A stretch of 64,000 nucleotides of DNA from Vicinamibacteria bacterium (lineage in GTDB: Bacteria; Acidobacteriota; Vicinamibacteria; Fen-336), in the NCBI GenBank assembly GCA_963578825.1, contig CAUZDW010000003.1, positions 88,100-152,099 of the forward strand. The letters are read 5' to 3'. Each line of letters starts with the position of its first letter. The stretch's first letter is position 1. The notes beneath the pieces were generated by a model, which was given only the letters and a program-made list of their open reading frames with translations, ran no database searches and was not told the DNA's origin. The position numbers were made by a program, and so were the translations under genes. This document shows positions 29,871-40,117 of the stretch, one piece after another.

Positions 29871-30565
29871 ATGGCCGAGCGCCTGTTGATGATCGAGGAC
29901 GATGCCGCGCTCGCCCAGCTCGTTCGCGAGTACCTGGGCCCGTTGGGCTTCTCTGTCTCGTCGGTGGGGACCGCCGCCGAAGGCCTTCGTCGCGTGGAAG
30001 CCGACACCTTCGATGCCGTGCTCCTGGACGTGATGCTCCCGGACCTGGACGGCTTCGAGGTGTGCCGCCGGATCCGCGCCGGCTCGGACGTTCCGATCCT
30101 CATGCTCACGGCCCGGGGCGACGACGAGGATCGAATCGCCGGGCTCGAGATCGGAGCGGACGACTACCTCCCGAAGCCCTTCAACCCCCGGGAGCTGCAG
30201 GCGCGCCTTCGTGCGATCCTGCGCCGTCGTCGCCCGGATCCGGGCCGCTCGCCCCCGCTGCGATTCGGTCGCCTCGAGATCGACAGCGACGCGCGGGTGG
30301 CACGCGTCGACGGCAAGGAGCGAGCCATGACCGGCTACCAGTTCGACCTGCTGCTGGCTCTAGCGGAGTCCGCCGGTCGGGTGCTCAGCCGTGAGGCGCT
30401 CATGACCCGCGTCCGGGGCGATGCGATCGAGGCCTTCGACCGGTCGATCGATGTGCACGTCTCGCGCCTTCGCGCGGTGCTCGAGGACGACCCGAAGCAC
30501 CCCCGTCGGATCCTGACGGTCGCGGAGCGGGCTACGTGTTCGCCAGGGTGCAGGACGAGGACTGA
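29871..30565 (+). CDS. OmpR-family response regulator (apparent frameshift near 30521)
   Basis: LLDVMLP, GADDYLPKPF, DRSIDVHVSRLR. Adding one C restores LTVRGAGYVF and a TGA overlapping the kinase ATG. Confidence 0.9.
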
Positions 30566-31818
30566 TGCGGCGGCTCGCGTTTCAGATCTATATGACGGTT
30601 GTCGGCGTTCTGTTGCTGTTTGCCGTGCTGGTGTTGCTCACGTGGATCGTGCACCCCCAGGCCCCCTGGGAACGAGACTTCGCCCACGAGCTGGGGGCGG
30701 CGGCGGCCGAGATTCTCCCCGGCCCGGACCGTCCGACGGAAGAGCTGCAGGCGACGTTGGACCGGCTGGCGACTCGCCTGCAGATCGACGTCGCTGTCTT
30801 CGACTCCGGGGGCGAGCAACTGGCCGCGACGGGGGAGTCCCTGCCGGACACGCCGCTCCGCCGCCGCAACTGGCTGCGTCACCAGGCCCGGGCCACGACC
30901 GTGACGCTGCCGTTGCCCGACGGACGCACCTTCGTGGCCCGGCGCTGGCACCCCCGCGGGGGAGGCGCCACGGCGTTCCTCCTGTTCCTCGGTCTCCTGG
31001 CGTTGGCGGTGGCGATCGGGGCCTGGCCTCTGGTGCTCCGGCTCACGCGCCGGCTCGAGCGCCTGCGGCAGCGGGTGGAGGATCTGGGCGGTGGTGATCT
31101 GAAGGCCCGGGCCCCGGTGGAGGGTCGCGACGAGGTGGCCCAGCTCGCCAGCAGCTTCAACCGGGCCGCCGATCGCATCGAGCGCCTCGTCGAGTCCCAG
31201 CGGCGTGTGCTCGTTCACGCCTCTCACGAGCTGCGCTCGCCCCTGGCGAGGCTTCGCCTGTCGCTCGAGATGATGCCCGGCTCGGAGGCGCAGAAGGAGC
31301 GGGCCACGCGAGACGTGGCCGAGCTCGACGGCATCATCGACGAGGTGCTCGAGGCCAGCCGGCTGGAGGCCCGCGGCCCCGCCGCGCGCAGGGAGCCGGT
31401 GGACCTGCTGGCCCTCCTGGCCGAAGAGGGCGCCCGACACGATGTCGACGTCGAGGGAGAGGCCGTGGTGATCTCCGGCGACCCGCGCCTCCTGAGGCGC
31501 CTCGTGCGCAACCTCCTCGACAACGCCCGGCGGCACGGCGGCGAGGGCCCGATCGAGGCCCGCGTGGAGCGCAGCGAGCACTCCGGGGTGCGCCTCCTGG
31601 TCCTGGACCGCGGGCCGGGCGTGGCCGAGGGCGAGCGGGAGCGGATTTTCGAGCCCTTCCACCGTCCTGCCGGCTCCGCCGAAACCGGGCAAGGCTTCGG
31701 CCTCGGGCTCGCCCTCGTCCGGCAGATTGCCCGTGCCCACGGGGGAGAGGCCCAGTGTCGGCCTCGGGAGGGCGGCGGCACGGTCTTCGAGGTGCTCCTG
31801 GCCAGGGAGGACGGCTAG
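30565..31818 (+). CDS. Sensor histidine kinase with HAMP domain
   Basis: Two TM segments, HAMP, SHELRSPL, NLLDNA, DRGPG, GFGLGL. Confidence 0.95.
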   Translation: MRRLAFQIYMTVVGVLLLFAVLVLLTWIVHPQAPWERDFAHELGAAAAEILPGPDRPTEELQATLDRLATRLQIDVAVFDSGGEQLAATGESLPDTPLRRRNWLRHQARATTVTLPLPDGRTFVARRWHPRGGGATAFLLFLGLLALAVAIGAWPLVLRLTRRLERLRQRVEDLGGGDLKARAPVEGRDEVAQLASSFNRAADRIERLVESQRRVLVHASHELRSPLARLRLSLEMMPGSEAQKERATRDVAELDGIIDEVLEASRLEARGPAARREPVDLLALLAEEGARHDVDVEGEAVVISGDPRLLRRLVRNLLDNARRHGGEGPIEARVERSEHSGVRLLVLDRGPGVAEGERERIFEPFHRPAGSAETGQGFGLGLALVRQIARAHGGEAQCRPREGGGTVFEVLLAREDG

Positions 31819-31835
31819 AATAGAGACGGACGTTC

Positions 31836-32537
31836 ATGGTGTGGATCTCCTGGCTGGTGATGGTGACCGCGTTCTCCTGCCGTCCGGCCCCGGAGGCCGG
31901 CGGCGACGCCCGAGCACGGGATCGCGAGAAGATGGTGACCGAGCAGATTGCCACCCGCGGGGTGCGTGACGAGCGAACGCTGGCCGCCATGAGGACGGTG
32001 CCTCGTCATCTCTTCGTGCCAGAGAAGGTGGCTCGCCAGGCCTACGCCGACCACCCTCTGCCCATCGGTCACGGGCAGACCATCTCTCAACCCTACATCG
32101 TCGCCTTCATGACCGAGGCTCTGGGCCTGGAAGGCGACGAGACGGTCCTCGAGATCGGCACCGGCTCGGGCTACCAGGCGGCCGTGCTGGCCGAGATCGT
32201 CGCCCGGGTGTACTCGATCGAGATCGTCGCCCCGCTGGCCCAGGAGGCCGCCATACGCCTTCGGGAGCTCGGCTACGAGAACGTCGAGGTTCGCTCCGGG
32301 GACGGGTACGCAGGCTGGCCGGAGGCCGCTCCCTTCGACGCGATCATCGTGACCGCCGCCGCGCCCCGTATCCCGGAGCCGCTCAAGCAGCAGCTCCGCG
32401 ACGGTGGGCGCCTCATCCTCCCGGTGGGCGACGACTGGCAGGAGCTCGTGGTGGTCACGCGCCGCGGGGCCCGCTTCGAGGAGAAGCGCGTGCTGCCCGT
32501 GCGGTTTGTCCCCATGACCGGCGAGGTCCGCCAGTAG
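31836..32537 (+). CDS. pcm: Protein-L-isoaspartate O-methyltransferase
   Basis: VPRHLFVP, GQTISQP, LEIGTGSGYQAA, APFDAI, VRFVP. Confidence 0.95.
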   Translation: MVWISWLVMVTAFSCRPAPEAGGDARARDREKMVTEQIATRGVRDERTLAAMRTVPRHLFVPEKVARQAYADHPLPIGHGQTISQPYIVAFMTEALGLEGDETVLEIGTGSGYQAAVLAEIVARVYSIEIVAPLAQEAAIRLRELGYENVEVRSGDGYAGWPEAAPFDAIIVTAAAPRIPEPLKQQLRDGGRLILPVGDDWQELVVVTRRGARFEEKRVLPVRFVPMTGEVRQ

Positions 32538-32568
32538 CAGGAACATCCGGCGCTGCTGCGCCCGGGAG

Positions 32569-34776
32569 GTGACCGTGGAGGCGGCGGTCGTTCTCTTGCT
32601 GGCTGGAGTGGCGTTCCTGGCGGTGGTGTCCCCAGTGCTCACGATCTCCGCGCTGGTTCGCCTGACGCGACTCGAGAAACGCGTCTCGGAGCTGGCGTCG
32701 CGGGTCGAGAGCGCCCGAGGGGGGGGGCGTCGCTCCGGAGCGCCCCGCTGAGCCGGAGGAGCCGGTGCCGCCTGCGCCGGCGGCGCCTGCCCCGACGGTC
32801 ACTCCATCCCCACCGCCCCCGGTCCGCCCAGTGGCTCGCGCCGCACCGCGGCCCGGACCCTCCGCCGAACCCACGGCAGACTTTGCCACGAACCTCGGCC
32901 CCCGGATCCTCGTGGGCGCCGGAGGGCTGGCGGTCGTCGTGTTCCTCGCCCTCTTCGTCCGCTACGCGTGGGAGAACGAATGGGTGGGCCCCATGGGCCG
33001 CGTGCTCTCCGGAGCCGTCTTCAGCCTCGGGCTCGTGGCCGCCGGGCTCCGCCTGCTGGACGGGAAGTATCGTCCCCTGGGCCAGGGGCTGGCGGCGGCG
33101 GGCTTCGCCGGTCTCTACGTCTCGGCCTTCGCCGCCCACTCGTTCTACGGCCTCGTGCCCCGCGGACTTTCGGGAGCTGTGATGGTCGTGGTGACCGTGT
33201 GCGCCGTGGCCGTGGCCGACCTCCGCGGCACCCGACTCCTTGCCGCAGTGGCGTGGGTCGGCGGCTACCTCACCCCGGCGCTCCTGTCCACCGGAACGGA
33301 TCGGGGAGCCAGCCTCATGTTCTATCTGGTGCTGCTGGGAGCCGGGGCGGTCTGGCTCGATAGGAGAAAGCCCTGGCCCGAGACCCTTCCCCTAGCCCTC
33401 TTCGGCACGCTGATCCTGTACCTCGGCTGGCGCGAGGCCCACTACGCCGATCCTCGCTTCGAGGTGGCGGCCGTGGGCCTGCTGTCGCTCTCGGCACTCT
33501 TCACCCTCGGCACGGCGGGCAGGGAGCGGACCACGGCGTTCGACACGCTTCTCCTGGCCGTGACACTCATGGTCGGCGCCCTGGTGTCGGTGGGCCTGGC
33601 GAGCGGCACCGATCGTCCCATGGCTCTCCTCTGGTTGCTCGTCGCTCAGCTGGGTCTTGCCGTGCTCGTGCGACCGCGATGGCGCTGGGCCGAGCCGTCG
33701 ACGCTGTTCCTGGGGGCCCTCGCGGTCCTGGTCTGGTTCGAACAGGAGTTCGAGGCCCCTCGCTCGGCCGAGGCCCTGGCGCTGGCTCTCGGCCTCGCCG
33801 GGACCGCCGTCGTCGTGCTGGCGGTGAGAGGACTCCTCCTTCGACGCCCCCTCACAGCCCCGGACGGTGTGACCCAGATTCTCGCGGCCGGGCTCTCCTG
33901 GGTCGCCCTCGACCGCGTGCTGGACGTCACGCAGCCTGCCCTCCTGGGACCGGCAGCGGTGGCGCTGGCGGCACTTCATTTGGTGCTCGGCCTCGTGGCC
34001 CGGTGGCAGGACTCCGCGCAGCAGCTCTGGACCCGGGTGACGCTGGCCCTGGCCGCCGTCTTTCTCACCCTGCGATTCCAGTGCAGCTCGGCCTGTTCGG
34101 GATCACGCTGGTCTGGGCCGGAGAAGCGCTCGTTCTCCTGTGGCTGGGGGAGCGCAACAACTCCCGCCTCGCCCGGGCCGGGGGCTACGGCGTGATGCTC
34201 CTCGCCGTGGGCCGCCTCCTTGTCCGGCACCTCCCGCTTCATTCCAGTCCCTTCACGCCTGTTTTCAATCCAGCGTTCGCCACCTGGCTCCTCGTCATCG
34301 CGGCGATGGTGCTGGCGCGACGGCTTGCCTCGCCCGCCCGCCGACGGGGGAGCAAGCTCGACGTCTGGGCCGGCGGCCTCCTGGCACCCCTGGGGCTCGT
34401 CCTCCTGTTTGGGCTCGTCACCGCCGAGACCGGCGAGTTCTTCGAGCAACGAGCATGGGCGGCGAAGGAGGCCGCTCAGCCCGGGCAGGCAGCTCTCGCC
34501 GCGCGGCAGGGGGGCCTGGCCGTCTCCGTGCTCTGGACGGTGTTCGCCACAGGGCTCTTGGCTGCGGGCCTCGGGGTGCGCAGCCGTGGGCTCTTCTACG
34601 CGGCATACGGACTGTTCGCCGTCACGGCGATGAAGGTCGTCAGGATCGATCTGGAGACCATGCCGACGCTCTACCGCATGCTGTCCTTCCTGGCCCTCGG
34701 GGTGCTGCTCCTGGTCGGGGCGTGGCTCAACATCCGATTCCGTGAGCGCCTCGCCCCGCCGGGGGGTAGATCGTGA
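32569..34776 (+). CDS. DUF2339-like polytopic membrane protein (frameshifts at G9 tract 32719-32727 and near 34070)
   Basis: Short N-terminal TM, Pro-rich linker, FVRYAWENEWVGP.GRV, GGYLTP, C-terminal KVVRIDL..YRMLSF; split over three ORFs. Confidence 0.8.
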
Positions 34777-36017
34777 GGAGACTCGTCGCCTTTCTGCTTG
34801 TCGGGCTGCCCGTGGCGTTGGCTGCTTCGGCCCAGGACGCCCCCGCCCCGGCTTTCGAGCGGGAGATCCGAACGCCCGGTGCCGGGCTGGTGGCCGTTCG
34901 CCTGGACCGGCACGTCTACGAGGCGGCGCGCTCCGACCTGGGTGACCTCCGCGTCCTGGAGGAATCGGCCGCGAGGGTGCCCTACACCCTCGACCGAGGC
35001 TTTCCTCCGGCCAGCCCCGAGCGCCGCCCGGAGATCCGGAATCGAGGAGCCGTGCAGCGAGGAGCCGCCACGGCCGTGCTCGACTTCGGCAAGCGCGTCA
35101 CCAAGACCCGTCTCGCCCTTCGTCTGAGCGGTGACAACTTTCGCCGGTGGGTCGTGGTCGAGGGAAGCGACGACGGGCGCTCCTGGGTCACCCTCACCGA
35201 CGAAGCCTGGGTGTTCGCCATTCCCGGCGTCGAGCCCACGCGCTACGAGGTCGTGATGCTGCCCGAGAACGACTTCGGGCAGCTTCGGGTCACCGTCCAC
35301 GCCGACCCCCGGGAGCGGAAGCGCGTGTCGATCGAGGACGCCTGGCTGCCGTCCGGTGCCCTCGGCGCGCGACGCGAGGAGAGCGTGGCGCCGCGATGGA
35401 GTCGCGCCGCGGTCAAGGACTCCCAGGAGACGTGGCTGACCATCGACCTCGGGGCGCGACACCAACCGTTCCAGGGGTTCGTACTCGACGTGGAGGACGA
35501 ACGGTTCTTCAGGGAGGTGCGGGTCGAGGCTCGGGAAGACCCGGTCCTCTCGGCTTCGGAGAGCGTGGCGCCACCCGACCGGTGGCGCCACGTGGGAGGC
35601 GGGATGATCTACCGTCTGGAGCAAGCGGGAGAGCTCCGGGAATCTCTGCGCGTCGAGGTGGCCGGCCGGGCGCGGGTGGTGCGGCTCCGTCTCAGAAACC
35701 GAGACGACCGTCCGCTTCGTGTCACGAACGTGAGTGTCGTGGTTCCCGTGGAGCGGCTGCTCTTCGAGGCGGCCGACGACGACTACACCCTGACCTACGG
35801 CGCGCCGAAGCTCATGGCGCCCACCTACGACCTGGCCCGGACCCTCGACGACGAGCCCGCGACGTCCGTTGCCACGCTGGGTCCGCCGGTGCGTCGGGAC
35901 GTGGTCGCAGACGTCCTGCCGTGGACCGAGCGCCACCCCGTCCTTCTCTGGGCCGGTCTTCTGATGGTCGTCGCAGCCCTCGGCGCCGTCACCTGGCGGG
36001 CTCTGCGTTCGGCCTAG
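34773..36017 (+). CDS. DUF3999-like secreted protein with C-terminal membrane anchor
   Basis: Signal peptide, DLGDLRV..VPY, APTYDL, C-terminal LLWAGL TM; usual partner of DUF2339. Confidence 0.7.
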   Translation: MRRLVAFLLVGLPVALAASAQDAPAPAFEREIRTPGAGLVAVRLDRHVYEAARSDLGDLRVLEESAARVPYTLDRGFPPASPERRPEIRNRGAVQRGAATAVLDFGKRVTKTRLALRLSGDNFRRWVVVEGSDDGRSWVTLTDEAWVFAIPGVEPTRYEVVMLPENDFGQLRVTVHADPRERKRVSIEDAWLPSGALGARREESVAPRWSRAAVKDSQETWLTIDLGARHQPFQGFVLDVEDERFFREVRVEAREDPVLSASESVAPPDRWRHVGGGMIYRLEQAGELRESLRVEVAGRARVVRLRLRNRDDRPLRVTNVSVVVPVERLLFEAADDDYTLTYGAPKLMAPTYDLARTLDDEPATSVATLGPPVRRDVVADVLPWTERHPVLLWAGLLMVVAALGAVTWRALRSA

Positions 36018-38310
36018 AAGCGGAGAGGCGGCGTTCTCGGAGGACGAGGACGGCAAGCCCTCCAGCGGTGAGAAGGAACACGAGGGCCCCGGGGAGCAGC
36101 CAGCGGGAGCGGAAGCGCAGCTCCACGTGGTGACGTCCTGCCGGGAGCGCGACTGCGCGCATCCAGGCGTTGGCGGGAATGCAGGGCGCGCTGGTTCCAT
36201 CAACGGTGGCCGACCAGCCCGGGTACCAGGCCTCGGCCAGGACGAGGAGCGACGGCTCCTGTGCGTGGGTTTCCAGCGTCACACGCTCGGGCTCGAACGA
36301 CGTGATCTCGACCCGGTCCGCCGTTGTTGGATCATCGCCGTCGTCCTCTGCGTCGAACGGCAGGTTCGTCGCGCTTGCGACGAGAGGGCTGCGGTGGAAG
36401 TCATGGCCCCCGGCCATGGCCGTGATGGCTTCCCGCCAGTCCTCCACACGTGTCACCGAACGGGCCAGGTAGGCCCGGGGGTCCTCGGCACGACGGAACA
36501 CCGGCCGGCCGGGTGGCGGCCGCCATCCGCCCGACGGATCGGCGCCCCCGGTCTCCTCGAGCTTCCCCTCGGCCGGGCCGACGAGCTGCCAGCCGGCCAC
36601 GAGATTCATCGAATCGTACGGGTACGGCCCGTGGTTGTAGATCTGCTTCGACGGATACGTGTTTTCGTCCAGCGAGGGCGTCAGACCCAGATCCTCGTGG
36701 ATGTACACCCACACGCGGTCCAGCGTCAACGCGTTGTATCCGGCGATGTTCGACCACTCATAGAAGAGCGCCGCGTTCTGGCGAATCGACCAGGGCGGCA
36801 ACGCGATGCGAGGCGGGACACCGGTGTTTCCGTAGAGGTCCTTACGGAGGAGGCCGTCGAAGACAAACGGCTCACCCTGGCGAAGAACCGGGAACGCCCA
36901 GACCCGCCGGGCCGGTCCGAGAGCCAGCCCGAGCTCGGCCAGGATGAGCACGGCAAGACCGACCCGGGCCGCCGTGACGGCACGGCTCGGGCGGAGGTGG
37001 ACGACCAGGCCGGCCAGGACGGCGACGCCCGTCCCGAGGGCGAGCCGCGCGAGCGGGAACGGCTCGTGGGCGGCCTCCGGCGCGGGCGCCAGCGCTCGAA
37101 AGGCGAGCGGACCAATGAGCGCGAGACCGACTCCCACGGCCAGCACGGCTACGGAGCGCCGGAGCGATCCCGGTCGTGAAAGGTAGAGCGCCGCCCCGAG
37201 GATCAGGGCGAAGACGACGAGAAACGCGGCGCGCGAGTGGATGTGGAAACTCGACAGCCCCGGCACCAGCGCGTAGAGCACGGCAAACGCCGGCGTTCGC
37301 GTCCCCAGGGCCAGGAGGGCTCCGGCCCCTCCGGCGGCCAGGAGACCGCGGACGTTGCGGTCACGCACCAGGGTGAGGCCGGCGACGCCGACCACCAGCG
37401 GGAGAAGGCCGCCGTAGAGGTTGGCCTCCCAGGTGAAGACCCGGCGACCCCCGTCGGGCATGGCGAGGGACGTCCACTGCCACGACTCGAGCGTCCCGCC
37501 GGCGGAGAAGACGAGGGACGCCGCGGCGCGGTTGCCCTGGGACGCGAGCTCGAGGAACGGGAGGAGCATGGGGGCGGCCAGGGCCAGTGCCGCCCCGAGA
37601 GCCAGGGCGAATCCTCCGAGGCCGGCGAGGACCTGGCGGCCCGGCCGCTCGGTGGGGGGCAGGGCCCTCCCCAGCAGGAAGAACCCGATGCCGAGCCAGC
37701 TCACCCAGGCGATCTGGGGGTGTCCGCAGAGGAGCTGCAGTGCCAGCGCCGTGGCGAGGGCGGCAAGACGGGAAAAGGAGAACTGGTCCTGGAGGCGCAG
37801 CGCGAGAAAGAAGAGCAGCGGGACGTAGCACGAGGCGTGGACGTAGGGGACTTGACCCGCTGAAAGCCGGGCCACGAGGGGCGCGCTCCAGAGGAGGCAC
37901 GCCGCCGCCAGCCACGCCGTCCAGCGTGCCAGGCCGAGGGCGCGCCCCAGCGCCAGCATTCCAAGAAGGCAAAGGGCGTAGTGGCCGATCGTGAGGAACA
38001 GGAGCGCCGTCGACGGATCGAGGATGACATGGAGCAGGTTCGGCGGGTAGAGAACAGCCGTCTCGGTGTCGGCGAGAAAGGGGCGCCCGAGACCCACGTA
38101 GGGGTTCCACAAAGGCAGCCGGCCCGAGCGCAGGGCATCCGCCCCATGAACCTTGTTGGGCAGATGCAGCTGGAGCCAGTCCGTCCCCTCGAAGAGGGTC
38201 GGCGGGAGCAGGTAGGCCAGAGCAACTAGGGCGACGGAGGCGGCCAGGACGAGAAGCGCCTCGCGCCGCAACCGCCGATCGGGGCTCACCCGGGATGGTA
38301 CGATCGACAT
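35989..38310 (-). CDS. YfhO family membrane protein (GT-C-like)
   Basis: LPLWNPY..G.PF, LYPPN, GHPQ, C-terminal LVLAEAWYPGWSATVDG. Confidence 0.85.
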   Translation of the reverse strand: MSIVPSRVSPDRRLRREALLVLAASVALVALAYLLPPTLFEGTDWLQLHLPNKVHGADALRSGRLPLWNPYVGLGRPFLADTETAVLYPPNLLHVILDPSTALLFLTIGHYALCLLGMLALGRALGLARWTAWLAAACLLWSAPLVARLSAGQVPYVHASCYVPLLFFLALRLQDQFSFSRLAALATALALQLLCGHPQIAWVSWLGIGFFLLGRALPPTERPGRQVLAGLGGFALALGAALALAAPMLLPFLELASQGNRAAASLVFSAGGTLESWQWTSLAMPDGGRRVFTWEANLYGGLLPLVVGVAGLTLVRDRNVRGLLAAGGAGALLALGTRTPAFAVLYALVPGLSSFHIHSRAAFLVVFALILGAALYLSRPGSLRRSVAVLAVGVGLALIGPLAFRALAPAPEAAHEPFPLARLALGTGVAVLAGLVVHLRPSRAVTAARVGLAVLILAELGLALGPARRVWAFPVLRQGEPFVFDGLLRKDLYGNTGVPPRIALPPWSIRQNAALFYEWSNIAGYNALTLDRVWVYIHEDLGLTPSLDENTYPSKQIYNHGPYPYDSMNLVAGWQLVGPAEGKLEETGGADPSGGWRPPPGRPVFRRAEDPRAYLARSVTRVEDWREAITAMAGGHDFHRSPLVASATNLPFDAEDDGDDPTTADRVEITSFEPERVTLETHAQEPSLLVLAEAWYPGWSATVDGTSAPCIPANAWMRAVALPAGRHHVELRFRSRWLLPGALVFLLTAGGLAVLVLRERRLSASRPNAEPAR

Positions 38311-38312
38311 TG

Positions 38313-38768
38313 ATGGGTCTCTTGCGCTCCTATTGTCTCCCGTTGGCCCCCGCCGTGCTCGTCCTCGTCGCGGTTGCGGCCGCCTCGGCGCCCGCCACGA
38401 CACCTCTCACCCTGCCCTCGGGTCGGGTGCTCGAGGTCGAGGTGATGGTGAAGGACCAGGATCGGGCGGTGGGCCTCATGTTCCGGCCCTCGTTGCCCGC
38501 CGATCGCGGGATGCTGTTCGCCTTCCGGAGCTCCGACTTCCACGGCATCTGGATGAAGAACTGCCGCTTTCCCATCGACATCCTGTGGCTCGACGAGGAC
38601 CGCCGCATCGTCCACGTCGCGGAGGCCGTGCCGCCGTGCAAGGCCGACCCGTGCCCCGTCTACGAGCCGCTGCGCCGAGCGTCCTATGTGGTCGAGCTGA
38701 ACGCCGGGCAGGCTCGGCGGGAGGGTGCGGCGGTGGGAGAGACGCTCAGCTTCCAGCTCCCTCGCTGA
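38313..38768 (+). CDS. DUF192 domain protein
   Basis: RAVGLMFR, GMLF, WMKN..FPIDI, VVELNAG. Confidence 0.9.
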   Translation: MGLLRSYCLPLAPAVLVLVAVAAASAPATTPLTLPSGRVLEVEVMVKDQDRAVGLMFRPSLPADRGMLFAFRSSDFHGIWMKNCRFPIDILWLDEDRRIVHVAEAVPPCKADPCPVYEPLRRASYVVELNAGQARREGAAVGETLSFQLPR

Positions 38769-39507
38769 GCGCCTTCTCGTCCTCGTCCTCACTCTCCTCG
38801 TGCCGGCGGTCCCGTCCGAAGATCCAGGCGACCAGAACGCCGAGGAAATAGAGGCCGACAATCGGCCCGGCCAGAAACGTCATCGTCGGGGCGTCTCCGC
38901 TCGGGGTGATGATGGCCGCGACGACGAAGGACATGAGGATCGCCCACTTCCAGGCCCTGAGGAGCATCCCGGCGTTTACCAGCCCGATACGGGCCAGGAC
39001 GAAGATGACGACCGGGATCTGGAAGACGGCGCCCAGGCCGAGCAGGAACCACGAGTAGAACGACCAGTACTCCCCGATTCGGGGCATGAACCGCATGTCC
39101 GGCCCCGCGAAGCCCCAGAGAAACTCGAACGTCAGCGGGAAGAGGGCGTAGTGGCCGAAGAGCGCCCCGGCAGTGAAGAAGAACGAGCCCATCCCGATGA
39201 AGGGAATGGCCCACATCTTCTCGTGGCGGTAGAGGCCCGGCGAGATGAAGGCCCAGATCTCCCAGAGGATGAAGGGCGCCGCGAGGAAGATGCCCACGAA
39301 GAACGACATCTTCATATAAAGGAAGAACGCCTCGGCCGGGCTCGTGTAGATGAACTTGTCCGTGAAGCCGGCGACTCGCAAGGGCTGGGTCAGGAAGTGG
39401 AAGATCTGCTCGTGGAATCCCCAGCAGGCCGCAAAACCCCCGACGAGGTACCCGATGGTGCGCAGCAGACGCCCCCGCAGCTCCTCGAGGTGCTCGAGGA
39501 ACGTCAT
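38746..39507 (-). CDS. tatC: Twin-arginine translocase subunit TatC
   Basis: MTFLEHLEELR, WAFISPGLY..EK, FQIP, AAIITP. Confidence 0.95.
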   Translation of the reverse strand: MTFLEHLEELRGRLLRTIGYLVGGFAACWGFHEQIFHFLTQPLRVAGFTDKFIYTSPAEAFFLYMKMSFFVGIFLAAPFILWEIWAFISPGLYRHEKMWAIPFIGMGSFFFTAGALFGHYALFPLTFEFLWGFAGPDMRFMPRIGEYWSFYSWFLLGLGAVFQIPVVIFVLARIGLVNAGMLLRAWKWAILMSFVVAAIITPSGDAPTMTFLAGPIVGLYFLGVLVAWIFGRDRRHEESEDEDEKALSEGAGS

Positions 39508-39549
39508 CTTGTCGGGATGGGAACGCCTCGTCGGGGGCAGCGCGCGGTC

Positions 39550-40032
39550 CTACTTCGGTTCGACACTCGGAGGTGACGGCTTGCGGCTCACGGTGGACGG
39601 CACGGGCTCGTTGGCCGGGGGAGCGGGCGCGTCCGGCGTCGTGGGCTCCGGCGCTCCGCCCTCGTCGCCCGCTTGAGCGCTGGCGTCGGAGGCGGGCTTC
39701 GGATCGTTCGGCGACGCAGCGTCCTCGGACGTGTCTCCGCCCTCGGCGGAGGCCTCGGACTCCGAAGTGCCTCCCGCCGACTCCTCCCCGGTGGAAGCCG
39801 CCTTCGTCTTGACCGTCTTCACCCTGGGCGGCTCGATCTTCATCACCTCGCGGATCTTCTCGGACTCGACTTCGCTCTCGATGGTGCTCTTGAAGTCGTT
39901 GGAGGCGCGCCGGAACTCGCTCATCATCTTACCGAGGCTCTTCCCGATATCGGGCAGCTTTCGCGGGCCGAAGACGATCAGCGCGACGACGAAGATGAGG
40001 AAGAGCTCGGGGCCACCAAGCGTACCGAACAT
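39550..40032 (-). CDS. tatB: Twin-arginine translocase subunit TatA/TatB
   Basis: GGPELFLIFVVALIVFGPRKLP, amphipathic helix, long acidic tail; adjacent to tatC. Confidence 0.8.
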   Translation of the reverse strand: MFGTLGGPELFLIFVVALIVFGPRKLPDIGKSLGKMMSEFRRASNDFKSTIESEVESEKIREVMKIEPPRVKTVKTKAASTGEESAGGTSESEASAEGGDTSEDAASPNDPKPASDASAQAGDEGGAPEPTTPDAPAPPANEPVPSTVSRKPSPPSVEPK

Positions 40033-40117
40033 GACTAATCCAATCCTCTCAATCCGGCAGTCTATCACCTCCCGCAGAGCGTTGACACCCATCTGCCTGA
40101 GCCCCTACAGTGGGGGC

